A stretch of DNA of 63,322 bases, counting the filler, from Octopus bimaculoides (lineage: Eukaryota), in assembly GCF_001194135.2 (NCBI RefSeq). It is 13 parts of 10 records of this genome, joined end to end, with 100 filler letters (N's around TTAATTAATTAA, not from the genome) between each part and the next. Parts side by side here need not be neighbours in the genome. Positions count along the whole stretch, not along the records: positions 13,253 to 22,679 come from NC_069002.1; positions 22,780 to 25,858 come from NW_026439754.1; 11 more parts are not named here. The stretch is one strand, 5' to 3'. The translations under genes and the position numbers were made by a program. Of the stretch, positions 14,228-24,632 are shown in pieces (position 1 is the first letter of the stretch; each line of letters opens with the position of its first letter). The notes under the pieces are model-generated. The model was not told the DNA's origin and searched no databases. It saw only the letters and a list, made by a program, of their open reading frames with translations.

Positions 14228-14321
14228 TGTGTGTGTATGTGAATGAATGTGTGTGTGTGTGTGCTTGGTAATGTCATTCGTATTTGTAATCCATTCCGTT
14301 TTAACGTATCACACTTTCTAG

Positions 14322-14626
14322 TATTGCCTCTCAAGTCTACGCTGCGAAACCTAACAGAATCGGTCGGCGCTACAAGAAAGCGCTTTACTTTGAATACGCT
14401 GATCGTACGTACAAGACCAAAGTAACTCGAGATAGGAAGGAAACCCATCTTGGATTCTTGGGTCCCGTCATTAGAGTAAACGAAGGTGAGAGGGTTGAGG
14501 TGTACCTGAAAAATATGGCTTCGCGCCCCTATTCATTCGTGCCCCACGGCACCCTTTATAGCAAAGATTCAGAAGGATCATTCTATCGCACAAAGGACCA
14601 TCATCAGAAACATTTTGATAGTGAAG
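14322..14626 (+). CDS. Multicopper oxidase exon A (domain 3, first part)
   Basis: Acceptor ctttctag, donor G|GTAATC. Encodes IASQVYAAKPNRIGRRYKKALYFEY...LGFLGPVIRVNEGERVEVYLKNMASRPYSFVPHG...KDHHQKHFDSE. Starts in phase 2, so an upstream exon is required. Confidence 0.92.
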
Positions 14627-17600
14627 GTAATCCATTTTTTCTTTCTAAAAATAAATAATCACATCATCGAAATCCCAAAAGCTACAAATTAATGCCCATG
14701 ATTAAATCAAAACAATGTGAATAAAGACGCACAGAATAATCTGCATGGTATCGGGTTAATCCCAGCCCCGAGTTCGATTTCGTCTTTCATACTTTGGATT
14801 TATAATAATCTGTACGAGTTGAGCGCTGTCGCACAACTGAACTTCTATATCGCTCATTCTCTAGACTTCAGACGTTGTGTTTGTTTAGGAATCTAGTCTA
14901 TAGACAAACTGGAGAAGATTGTGATGGTGATGGTAATTCGTTAAAATGTTAATTAGTATTGCCACAGGAACAGTTGTTTTATTTATAAATTTGACATATA
15001 ATGAGCTAATAATAACACCGTTGACAATATTTACAAGTGAGGTACTTATGTAACGCTGTCATTACTTAGGATTGTGTAAGCACTAACAGCTGTGGACTTG
15101 ACTGCTTTTCAACTGTAAAAACTCATTGTTTATTTACAGAAGTAAACGGTTTGCTGACACAACCTGGGAAAACACAACTCTACGTTTTTGAAGCACCTTT
15201 CCTAGGAACACGTGACCCTTCATGTAAGGTTTTTCCTTATCAGTCAGGAGTGAATTTCTTGAGAGATATGAACTCCGGGCTCGTAGGACCAATAATAATC
15301 TGCAAAAAAGGGGCCACGTCTTTCCACAATATGGTAAGTATAATTGTAAAAAAGAATTAATTTCTACACTTCAGAATCTAGTAATTTATTTATTCATTTT
15401 TTGGGGATTTTTTTTTCACTTTCCCAATCACGAAAAAATGGCAGCAAGATTGCCGAACCATTAGCACATGCTTTGCGGCATTTCTTCCGGTTCTTAATAT
15501 TCTAAGTTCAAAGGCGGCGAGCTGGCAGAGACGTTAGCACGCCGGGCGAAATGCTTAGCGGTATTTCGTCTGCCGTTACGTTCTGAGTTCAAATTCCACC
15601 GAGGTCGACTTTGCCTTACATCCGTTCGGGATCGATAAATTAAGTACAAGTTGCGTACTGGGGTCGATCTAATCGACTGCNNNNNNNNNNNNNNNNNNNN
15701 NNNNNNNNNNNNNNNNNNNNNNNNNNNNNGACGTTAGCACGCCGGGCGAAATGCTTAGCGGTATTTCGTCTGTCTTTACGTTCTGAGTTCAAATTCCGCC
15801 GAGGTCAACTTTGCCTTTCATCCGTTCGGGGTCGATAAATTAAGTACCAGTTGCGTACTGGGATCGATCTAATCGACTGCCCCCATTCCCCCAAAATTTC
15901 GGGCCTTGTTCTTAGAGTAGAAAAGAATATTCTAAGCTGAAAGCCGGTGAGCTGGCAGAATCGTTAGCACGCCGGGCGAAATGCTTAGCGGTATTTCGTC
16001 TGCCGTTACGTTCTGAGTTCAAATTCCACCGAGGTCGACTTTGCCTTACATCCGTTCGGGATCGATAAATTAAGTACAAGTTGCGTACTGGGGTCGATCT
16101 AATCGACTGCCTCACCCCCTCCTCCAGAATTGCTGCCAAAATTTGAAACCAATACGTTCCAGAAGATTAGGGTGGCGAGCTGGCTGAATCATTAGCATGT
16201 CGGACAAAATGCTTAGCAGCATTTCGTCCGACGATATATTCCGACAGATTTGAACGCAAATATACCAATCTCTGTTGCGTTTCCGCAATGAAAAATAACT
16301 TTTCCTTTAAAACGAATGTATTTTTTATGGCATATTTGTTCAGCTGCATATATCCCGTCTTACTATAAATTCTCTGTTGCTACCGTCTTTTCTATGTTAT
16401 CTCTATACACGTGGAGTTGCAATGGCCCAGTGGTTACGGCAGCGGACTCGCGGTCATAGGATCGCGGTTTCGATTCCCAGACCGGGCGTTGTGTGTGTTT
16501 ATTGAGCGAAAACACCTAAAGCTCCACTAGGCTCCGGCAGGGGTTGGTGGCGAACCCTGCTGTACTTTTCCACCACAACTTTCTCTCACTCTTACTTCCT
16601 GTTTCTGTTGTGCCTGTAATTCAAAGGGTCAGCCTTGTCACACTCTGTGTCACGCTGAATCTCCCCGAGAACTACGTTAAGAGGTACACGTGTCTGTGGA
16701 GTGCTCAGCCACTTGCACGTTAATTTCACGAGCAGGCTGTTCCGTTGATCGGATCAACTGGAACCCTCGTCGTCGTAACCAACGGAGTGCCAACAACAAC
16801 AATCTCTATACACAAAACACATCTCCATTTGGTCGTTAAAATACTGTCTCTGTACGACCTACTTTGCCCTTATTTATTCTACTAATGTGTCTGCCTCTGT
16901 TCACATGCCTTTAATATAATTATACAATTACTCAGACTAATATAAACCCACTGAATTAATTTAGTTTCGTCAGAAGTCATCATTCATTCACCTGGGAAAA
17001 CTAAAATTTACATTATAATTTGAGATGGAATATTTGTATGAGTATGTTACGACGGTGATGACCTTATTACTGTTGCTGTTTGTGATGGTGGTGGTGGTGG
17101 TGGGTGGGCGTTTGGCACTTATTCGAGCCACTGAAGAATCATATAACTTTGTTGTCATCTATCATTTATTTTCTGTTTAAAATTTTCGTTATTATATTTC
17201 GATCAGGTAGACGTCAGCATTTTAAATTGAATTAAGAAGAAATGTGAAGTTGATCCACGTGTTATTTGAACTCATGACGTAAAGATACGTCGTTGAGCAC
17301 GTTGCGAAATTTAGTCTGAAATGCTACCGTTTCTGCCAGTACACTACCTTCATTGATATCAATAAATAAGAATGAGCCAAATGATGATGATGATGATGAT
17401 AATGTATTTATTTATTGCCCACAGGCGGCTAAACATAGAGGGGACAAACAAGGACAGACAAAGGCATTAATCCGATTAGACCGACACAAGTGCATAACTG
17501 TTACTTATTTAATCGACCCCAAAAAATGAAAGGCAAAGTCGATTCCGGCGGAATTTGAACTCAGAACGTAACGGCCGGCAAAATACTGCTAAGCACTTCG

Positions 17601-19512
17601 CCCGGCGTGCTAACGATTCTGCCAGCTCGCCGCCTTAATAATAATAACAATAATAAGATATAATAATAATAATAAGGCTGAAGTGAAGACCAAGTATATA
17701 ATGGGTGTGTTTAACGGGCAAATATATGATTTTTACTAATTTCTTGTTTAACATTTCTTCTTCTGAAGGTAAACGTCGACAAAGAATTCGTACTGTTATT
17801 CTCTGTGGTGGACGAGAATGTGTCGTGGTACTTGGAGGACAACATAGCCACCTACGTACGAGACAAGAGTACACTAGATCGAATGGAAGAAGATTTTATT
17901 CGATCGAATTTATTACACGGTGAGAATATTCTCCATTACATCAAACAATTGAAAAATATATCAATTCACCAGACTTAATATTTATAGAGAAAATAATTGA
18001 AATGAATCATATGTTGTTTGGCTTCGTACTGTAGTATATCTAGAATTGAAGATTATCAAAGCATCTCTTACAATAAAGGTTATCGGAAAATTTCCAGACG
18101 TTTTATCCGACCTAATCACATATTATTATAACTTATCATCAATCGAATTTTATGAATGATATCACACTTAATCTCACATGATATAACATTTCATATATAT
18201 ATATCTCAAATCATTTTATATCTTATCTAATATTATATAAGTATTTAAGGTGGTGAGCTGGCCCAATCGTTAGCACGTCCGGTATAATGCTTAGCGGTAT
18301 TTCGTCAGTTCTGGCTTCAAATCTCACCAATGTCAACTTTGCATTTTCTGCCTTCCGGAGTCTATGAAATAAGTATTATTTGATCTCTGGGGTCGATGTA
18401 ATCGACTTAATCCCTTACTCCAAAATTGCTGGTCTTGTGCCACTATCTGAAACTAATACTAAAGAAGTGTTAATCGCAGCTCGCGATATTTCGGAAATAT
18501 TTTATACAAGAGATCATTCACAGCATTAAATACATCACAGTAAACTAAATAAAATAAGTTGCAGACCAGTGACCGATGGTCACTTTGTTCACAATATATC
18601 GCTGGCAGAGACGGATTTTGTCTATCGCTCCAATGCGCAGGTGTACGCGGCTGACGTGAGCCAACCAGCTCGAAACCTGCCGGTCTCGCGTTCCTGTCAG
18701 CTACTGGAGGGCAGTAAGTGCTTGTAGCCCCTGCTAGCGCTGTATTTTGTCATATCGTTCTCATGATATCATAAACTACATATCTTTATCTCATCTATTC
18801 TCATCTTGCTGCCTGTATTTTCCTTACATATGTGAAGTCGTCAATGGATATGGTTATGCTAATCTGCCTGGGTTGGACATGTGCGTCGGGGACCGAGTTA
18901 TGTGGCATTTGTTTAACGTTGGCAATGAATTTGATGTGCATACGATATATTTCCATGGTCACACATTCCATAAGCATAGAATGAACAGCGATGCTGAGGA
19001 ACTTTCTCCAGCTTTGTCCGACTCAGTCATCATGGATATCGATAATCCAGGTAGGTCCTAATTGCTCGTATTCTTCAGCCAGTCTGTGTGTGTGTGTATG
19101 TTAGAGCTCTTGTGTGCATGTATGTGAATGTGTGTGTACGCGTGCGTGTGCGTGTTCGTGCGTGAGTGTGCATATGTATACATAAATATATACATATATA
19201 TATGTCTCTGTGCGAGCGTGTGTATGTATGCATGTATGTATGTATGTATCTGTGTGAGTGTGTGTGTGTGTTTGTGTGTTTGTGTGTGTGTGTGTGTGTG
19301 TATGTAGGTTTATATGTACGCATGTAAATTTGTATGTATATAGAACAGATAGTGTAAAATTTGGATTCAGAGAATTAAGCAGTACTCACTGTAAGCTCGG
19401 CATTCGGAATCCGCTATCATTTTACATCGAAACCATTCACCGTGTATCGTAATGTAATGCGCCCCATCGCTCTCGGGGTGTAGTTCTTTGTTCATTGTCA
19501 TTAATTTACGTG

Positions 19513-19590
<78 letters not shown>

Positions 19591-19845
19591 GTTCAGTAAT
19601 TTTATTTTTATAACGTGCTTTCACTTCACTACCGAGCGCAGCTCTGTGTGCCTTGGGTATGTGCTGTGGTTTGCTGTGATGCTCTTATGGTTACTGTATT
19701 GAAAGTGTTTTGCGTAGGATGTGTGCAGTGCCCAGTAGTGCAATTTTCTGTATGTTATATATATTTGTAAGTCCTGGTGTTTTTGTTATGTATTTGTCTG
19801 AATATTTTTTTATTATTTTTGATTTTATTATAATTATAATTATTA

Positions 19846-19916
<71 letters not shown>

Positions 19917-21312
19917 GTTATCATCATTATTATTTTAGGGAAATGGGCGATTGTCTGCCGTACGGGTATACATTACCAAACCGGAATGCAGTTGCTGTAC
20001 AATGTCAAAGATTGCGGGTACAAGCATCATCATCATCATCTTCTGCAGATGAGTGACTTTCATTGGTTCCCTAACCATGCCACGACGCGTTATTATTATA
20101 TTGCGGCTGTGGAAGTCCAGTGGGAGTACGCCCCTTTGAAACGAGGGATCATCACAGGAGAGGAAATCACTGACCCCGATTCGTAATTTTTGTTTATTTA
20201 ATTAATTTTTGTTTCTTTTAGATGTTTGTTAGATTAATTGTACAGCTACAATGATAATAATGTCATGTAAAGCACACACACACACACACACTCACAAATG
20301 ATTATAACTTAAAACTCATTATTAACCATTCTATCAGAAACTTTACCATCATCATCGTCATCATCATCATCACCACGTTGATGAATATTTTTTTAAATTT
20401 AATTGACTGATGTGTTGATTAATTATATATATTTCTTTTTTAAAGGGAAGGCTACGTGTATGTGAGGAAAACAGGAAACTACATCGGAAGCGTTTATAAA
20501 AAAGCTGTTTATAGAGAATTCACGGACGAAACCTTCACGAAGATGGTTCACAGAGGCGAACGTGACATTCATTTAGATCTTTTGGGTCCTATGATCAAAG
20601 GAGAAATCGGGGACACTATCAAAATCGTTTTCAAAAACAAAGCATCCAGACCTTACTCAATCCATCCACAAGGGGTTCGTTACACCAAGCAAAACGAAGG
20701 ACAAATTTATCTTGATGGATATCCTAACAAAAAAAGTGGGCAAGTCGCACCTGGAGACACGTTCATTTACACGTGGCAGGTAACAAAATCGTCTGGTCCT
20801 GGCGCTGGTCAAAGCAACTGTATTCCATGGATTTATTATTCCTCTTCAGAACCTATCAGAGATCCTTATGCTGGTTTAATTGGCCCGCTTGTTGTTTGTA
20901 GAAAAGGATATCTGGATCACTCGGACAGAAGAAATGACGTCGATAGAGAGTTTGCGCTCTTGTTTATCATAATTGACGAAAACCAAAGTTGGTATTTGTC
21001 AGAGAACATAGCTGCACATACGAATGTACGAGATAATGCAACTCTTCTAGCAGATCCTGAATTTTATCAAAGTAAGTCATTTACATTCGTATTTTTGTTG
21101 TCTTATCTTTTACATTAGTCCTTTGATAGCGACCATGCTGGAGCGTTGTCTTGAAGGGTTTCTGTGAACAAATCGACCTCAGTGTTCAGTTTTAAGATTG
21201 GTACTTATTCTATCAAACCAACCATCAGCAGTTGTCAGACGGAGGTGGAGGACAAACACAAACACAAACACACACTCAAATAAATATATACAAAATAGAG
21301 TATAGAGTATAT

Positions 21313-21394
<82 letters not shown>

Positions 21395-21492
21395 NNNNNN
21401 NNNNNNNNNNNNNNNNNNNNNNNNNNNNNNNNNNNNNNNNNNNNNNNNNNNNNNNNNNNNNNNNNNNNNNNNNNNNNNNNNNNNNNNNNNNN

Positions 21493-21558
<66 letters not shown>

Positions 21559-22224
21559 TGTGTGTATATACATGTTTTAGTGAAAGAAACCTAGTTGTTT
21601 TTTTACACTAAAAACATCTAAAGTAAAGTTTTTTCATTAACCTCCAGAACACTTCCGTGGACGCCCAATTTATTGTTTTGCTTGTGTGGACCCAAAAATT
21701 TTATATGGTACCCATGGGGACATGTGGGCTCCTATTGAGAACCACTGGGCTTAGTGACTAAACACTTCAAGACGTCTTAAGGCTGAAGAAATATATATAT
21801 TATACATAGATATCATTGTACGCTCCCATGAAATTTTACCGAATCTTATGACGTCAACAACGTTCTTTATGTGTTTGTTTTTTTATCCTGTCTAGGTAAC
21901 TTAATGTTCACAATCAACGGTAGAATCTATGGTAACAATCGAGGACTGGTTATGAAAATCCACGAACGTATCGCCTGGTATATAATGTCCCACGGTGGCG
22001 ATAAAGATGTTCACACGGCACACTTCCACGGCCAGACTTACCTGCAACGCTTCGATGGAATGCATAAAGGTGATGTTCTCGAGGTTTCTGCAGACACTGC
22101 GAAAACGGTGGAAATAAAAGCTGAAAATCCGGGCAAGTGGATATTACACTGCCATGTAAATGAACATATCATCGGTGGCATGGAGACAGCTTACACAGTC
22201 CTGGCACCTGGAGAGCATTTATAA
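14322..22224 (+). CDS. Ceruloplasmin/hephaestin-like multicopper oxidase, 5'-partial; join(14322..14626,15140..15333,17769..17919,18838..19050,19939..20182,20446..21071,21896..22224), 686 aa, cupredoxin domains 3-6
   Basis: All six introns are GT-AG with matching phases (1,0,1,1,2,1). The spliced frame is open to TAA at 22222-22224. Motifs: LGFLGPVIR, SGLVGPIIICKKG, HTIYFHG, CRTGIHYQTGM, AGLIGPLVVCRKG, HTAHFHG, HCHVNEHIIGGM. Confidence 0.95.
15140..15333 (+). CDS. Multicopper oxidase exon B (end of domain 3)
   Basis: tttacag acceptor, ATG|GTAAGT donor. Encodes EVNGLLTQPGKTQLYVF...YQSGVNFLRDMNSGLVGPIIICKKGATSFHNM. Confidence 0.92.
15513..16240 (+). mobile_element. Head-to-tail cluster of 3-4 copies of the abundant SINE in oxidase intron B-C
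   Basis: Repeated gttagcacgccgggcgaaatgcttagcggtatttcgtc. The cluster contains a 49-N gap. Confidence 0.88.
16411..16801 (+). mobile_element. Full-length tRNA-derived SINE with (CAA)n tail
   Basis: A box TGGCCCAGTGG, B box GTTTCGATTCC. 12-bp TSD atctctatacac at 16399-16410 and 16802-16813. Confidence 0.93.
17405..17634 (-). mobile_element. Abundant SINE, long-tail variant
   Basis: Tail tttgtctgtccttgtttgtcccctct...tgtgggcaataaa. Confidence 0.9.
17769..17919 (+). CDS. Multicopper oxidase exon C (start of domain 4); not in the supplied ORF track in this frame
   Basis: ttcttcttctgaag acceptor, G|GTGAGA donor. Encodes VNVDKEFVLLFSVVDENVSWYLEDNIATYVRDKSTLDRMEEDFIRSNLLH, matching the family motif EFxLxFxVxDENxSWY. 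Confidence 0.92.
18249..18455 (+). mobile_element. Abundant SINE, diverged copy
   Basis: ggtggtgagctggcccaatcgttagcacg head with the family core and tail. Confidence 0.82.
18838..19050 (+). CDS. Multicopper oxidase exon D (domain 4, first T1 His)
   Basis: Encodes VNGYGYANLPGLDMCVGDRVMWHLFNVGNEFDVHTIYFHGHTF...DIDNPG. Donor CAG|GTAGGT. Confidence 0.93.
19591..19812 (-). mobile_element. R4/Dong-like family A copy inside the oxidase intron D-E
   Basis: About 3 substitutions over about 225 bp versus the 7579 copy (by eye). Flanked by (ATT)n on both sides. Confidence 0.92.
19939..20182 (+). CDS. Multicopper oxidase exon E (domain-4 T1 C-x4-H-x4-M, His-rich linker, start of domain 5)
   Basis: Encodes KWAIVCRTGIHYQTGMQLLYNVKDCGYKHHHHHLLQMSDFHWFPNHATTRYYYIAAVEVQWEYAP...DPDS. 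Acceptor ttattttag, donor TC|GTAATT. Confidence 0.93.
20446..21071 (+). CDS. Multicopper oxidase exon F (domain 5 and start of domain 6)
   Basis: Encodes IGSVYKKAVYREFTDETF...LLGPMIKGEIGD...YSIHPQG...WIYYSS...AGLIGPLVVCRKG...DENQSWY. Donor A|GTAAGT. Confidence 0.94.
21896..22224 (+). CDS. Multicopper oxidase terminal exon G (domain 6)
   Basis: Encodes NLMFTINGRIYGN...VHTAHFHG...PGKWILHCHVNEHIIGGMETAYTVLAPGEHL-stop, with the complete domain-6 T1/T2/T3 ligand set. Confidence 0.95.
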
Positions 22225-22315
22225 TTAACGTCTGGTCGTTGATTGCTGTAGACTTTACGCCGATGATGGTGGTGATGACGGACATGTTATACAATCGAAT
22301 TTTGTAAACTTTTGA

Positions 22316-22321
22316 AATAAA
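22316..22321 (+). promoter_or_regulatory. Candidate polyadenylation signal of the oxidase gene
   Basis: First AATAAA about 90 bp after the stop codon; position only. Confidence 0.45.
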
Positions 22322-22560
22322 TGGAAAAGACAAAAAAAGAAAAAGTATGTTGTAATTGTTGATTTGTTGATATTTAAAAAAAAGATATTGATTTCAAATT
22401 TTGGCACACAAGGTCAGCGGGGTTGGGTAACAGTGAGTAAATGTGTGACTCAAATCTAGTTGCATATTGGTGATGTTTAACGGTGGATGGAGGAAGAGAA
22501 AAAAAGGAGGGTATAGAAGAGACAATAATAATAATAATGATAATAATAATAATAATAATT

Positions 22561-22644
22561 TTTATTGATATGTCTGTCCCAATCTACATAAATGTATCTG
22601 TCAAGACCTACCAAAACTGAGCAAGTATAAAGATCTTGAAATAG

Positions 22645-22648
<4 letters not shown>
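22561..22648 (+). mobile_element. R4/Dong-like RLE fragment starting at an (AAT)n tract
   Basis: FIDMSVP..NVSVKT../LSKYKDLEIEI with one frameshift. Confidence 0.7.
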
Positions 22649-22679
<31 letters not shown>

Positions 22680-23143
22680 NNNNNNNNNNNNNNNNNNNNN
22701 NNNNNNNNNNNNNNNNNNNNNNNTTAATTAATTAANNNNNNNNNNNNNNNNNNNNNNNNNNNNNNNNNNNNNNNNNNNNTATATACGTATATGTACTTGT
22801 ATGTGTTTGTCTTTGTTTTTATGTTTGTAGTCTCTCCCCCCTGCTGGACAACTGGTGCTGATTTGTTCATGAGCCGGTAAACAAAGTAGCGGGTGGCCAA
22901 CGATTGGTCAGCTGTAGACGTCCATAGCTTTTATGTCAGAGATAGAAGGATTTACTTTGGTTGGTACAACTAAAGAGTAGAATGGAATTTAGAGTGGTGA
23001 TCATGTTGACTTGATCATCACGTATGTATGTGTGTATGTGTGTGTGTATGTATGTATGTATGTATGTATGTATGTATGTATGTAGGTAGGTAGGTATGCA
23101 TGCCTGCATGCATGTATGTAAGTATGTATGTATGTATGTATGT

Positions 23144-23580
23144 GTACAGGTTTATATGTTTTGCTTTATGCATGTCTTCCCATGCATATAGCTGCATATC
23201 TAGACATGCTCATATGTATTTAAATGATAAACTTCTGGAAAGTTTTACAGATTTTTACAGTTCCAGTGATGGATTGGATCTGTAGTCTTCGAATCAACTT
23301 TCTCCTTTCTGGCTTTGAGAAGCCTAATTTCTGAAAACTGGTATTTAGACAGTGTGTTACATTTCCCAGTACCCCAATAATTACAGATATAAACCTGAAC
23401 TTGTAATCTGGACAGAATAACTGTTGATTTTTCAGTAGTTCAACATAGGTGTCCTCATTTTCGCTGACCTTCAGCTTTATATTAACATCAGCTGGGAAGC
23501 TGATTTCCACAATTGTACACAGTTTCTCTTCTCTATCCACAATCGTTATATCAGGTCTATTGTGTTTACAATAAACCTAG
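23144..23580 (-). mobile_element. RLE retrotransposon 3' end, family C, in (CATA)n
   Basis: CKHNRPDITIVDREEKLCTIVEISFP (PD...E-x-S RLE core)...IIGVLG...QSITGTVKICKTFQKFII-stop. The 3' UTR joins a TATG tract. Confidence 0.85.
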
Positions 23581-23731
23581 TGCATGTATCTATGTAAGTC
23601 ATTGTTCAGTTTTATTTCAAGATTTCTTGGCAATCGTGAAAGAGCCGGTTTATAATCTTGATCGAAGTTTCCTTCAACATCAACAACAGGATATTTTTGT
23701 TTGTATGTGTATGTATGTATGTATGTACGTT

Positions 23732-23873
23732 ATATGCAAATTTGTGTGTTTTGCTTTATGTATGTAAACTTATGCATATGGTTGCATATCTAGACATGCT
23801 CATACATATTAAAATGATAAACTTCTGGAAAATTTTGCAGATTTTTACATTTCTAGTGATCGATTGGATTTTT
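23732..23873 (-). mobile_element. Second, shorter family C copy
   Basis: KIQSITRNVKICKIFQKFII plus the same 3' UTR (catgtctagatatgca). TATG repeats on both sides. Confidence 0.82.
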
Positions 23874-24547
23874 CGTATGTATGAATGGACGTATGTATGT
23901 GTGTGTGTGCGCGTATGTGTTTGTTTGTGTGTGTAATTTAGATGATATTCCATGCGATGATGTAAGACAACAGATACGTACAATTAGTGTTCACAAAGAT
24001 TTGCTGTCAAAACTCCAACTTGAATAGCATCTGAAAATGCAAGGATGTTGTAGGTGCCTGACGAAGATTGGCCACAGGCAGTATTGCAGTCGAACAGATA
24101 CACGTATAATAAAATAAATGCATACACAGGCATGCAACTGGCATCAGGTCAGATTGTGACATTTCTCTATATTTATATACTGACAGAACATCAGGATAGA
24201 ATTGACTTTTACAGGGATTTAGATCAGAAGATGTCGTTGTGAGATCAGTTAAGGAATGTTCGCGATGCGTATGGTATATGCTGGTATCCTTCTGGAACAT
24301 ATATAGGGAAACTCGAATCATTGGTATTACGTAAAGCTTGTCACAGTAGATAGGGTCCAAAGCTGAATGAGAAAAATAGGACGAAGGAAGGTAGAACGTG
24401 CGCAGATAGACGCCTACAGCTGTTTCGGGAATAAATGCACAGATGGAGTATTTCCCTGCAAACGACGACAGCCAACATTATTGTCACACTATTATAGAGA
24501 ATGTCAGCATATACTATAACCATCATGGAAATTTCTCAATTGATTTT

Positions 24548-24632
24548 TTGGTCATTCCAAATACAGAATTTATATACAGTGTTATTGAATCAAGGGTTCA
24601 CTGTATATAAACTCTGTATTTGGAATGACCAA
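24548..24632. repeat. Inverted repeat: 34-bp stem (1 mismatch), 17-nt loop
   Basis: ttggtcattccaaatacagaatttatatacagtg / cactgtatataaactctgtatttggaatgaccaa. Confidence 0.95.

Noticed and set aside
16411-16480. tRNA-like cloverleaf heads (also 43360-43430, 11440-11510, 61160-61227)
   Set aside because: They run directly into SINE bodies and, where the element is complete, carry TSDs; not stand-alone tRNA genes.
24400-24470. Hammerhead-like GAAAC after a short stem (CGAAACAGCTGT, also near 12090) and CTGATGA...GAAA at 53107
   Set aside because: The CUGANGA core is missing in the first cases, and there is no room for stem II in the last.
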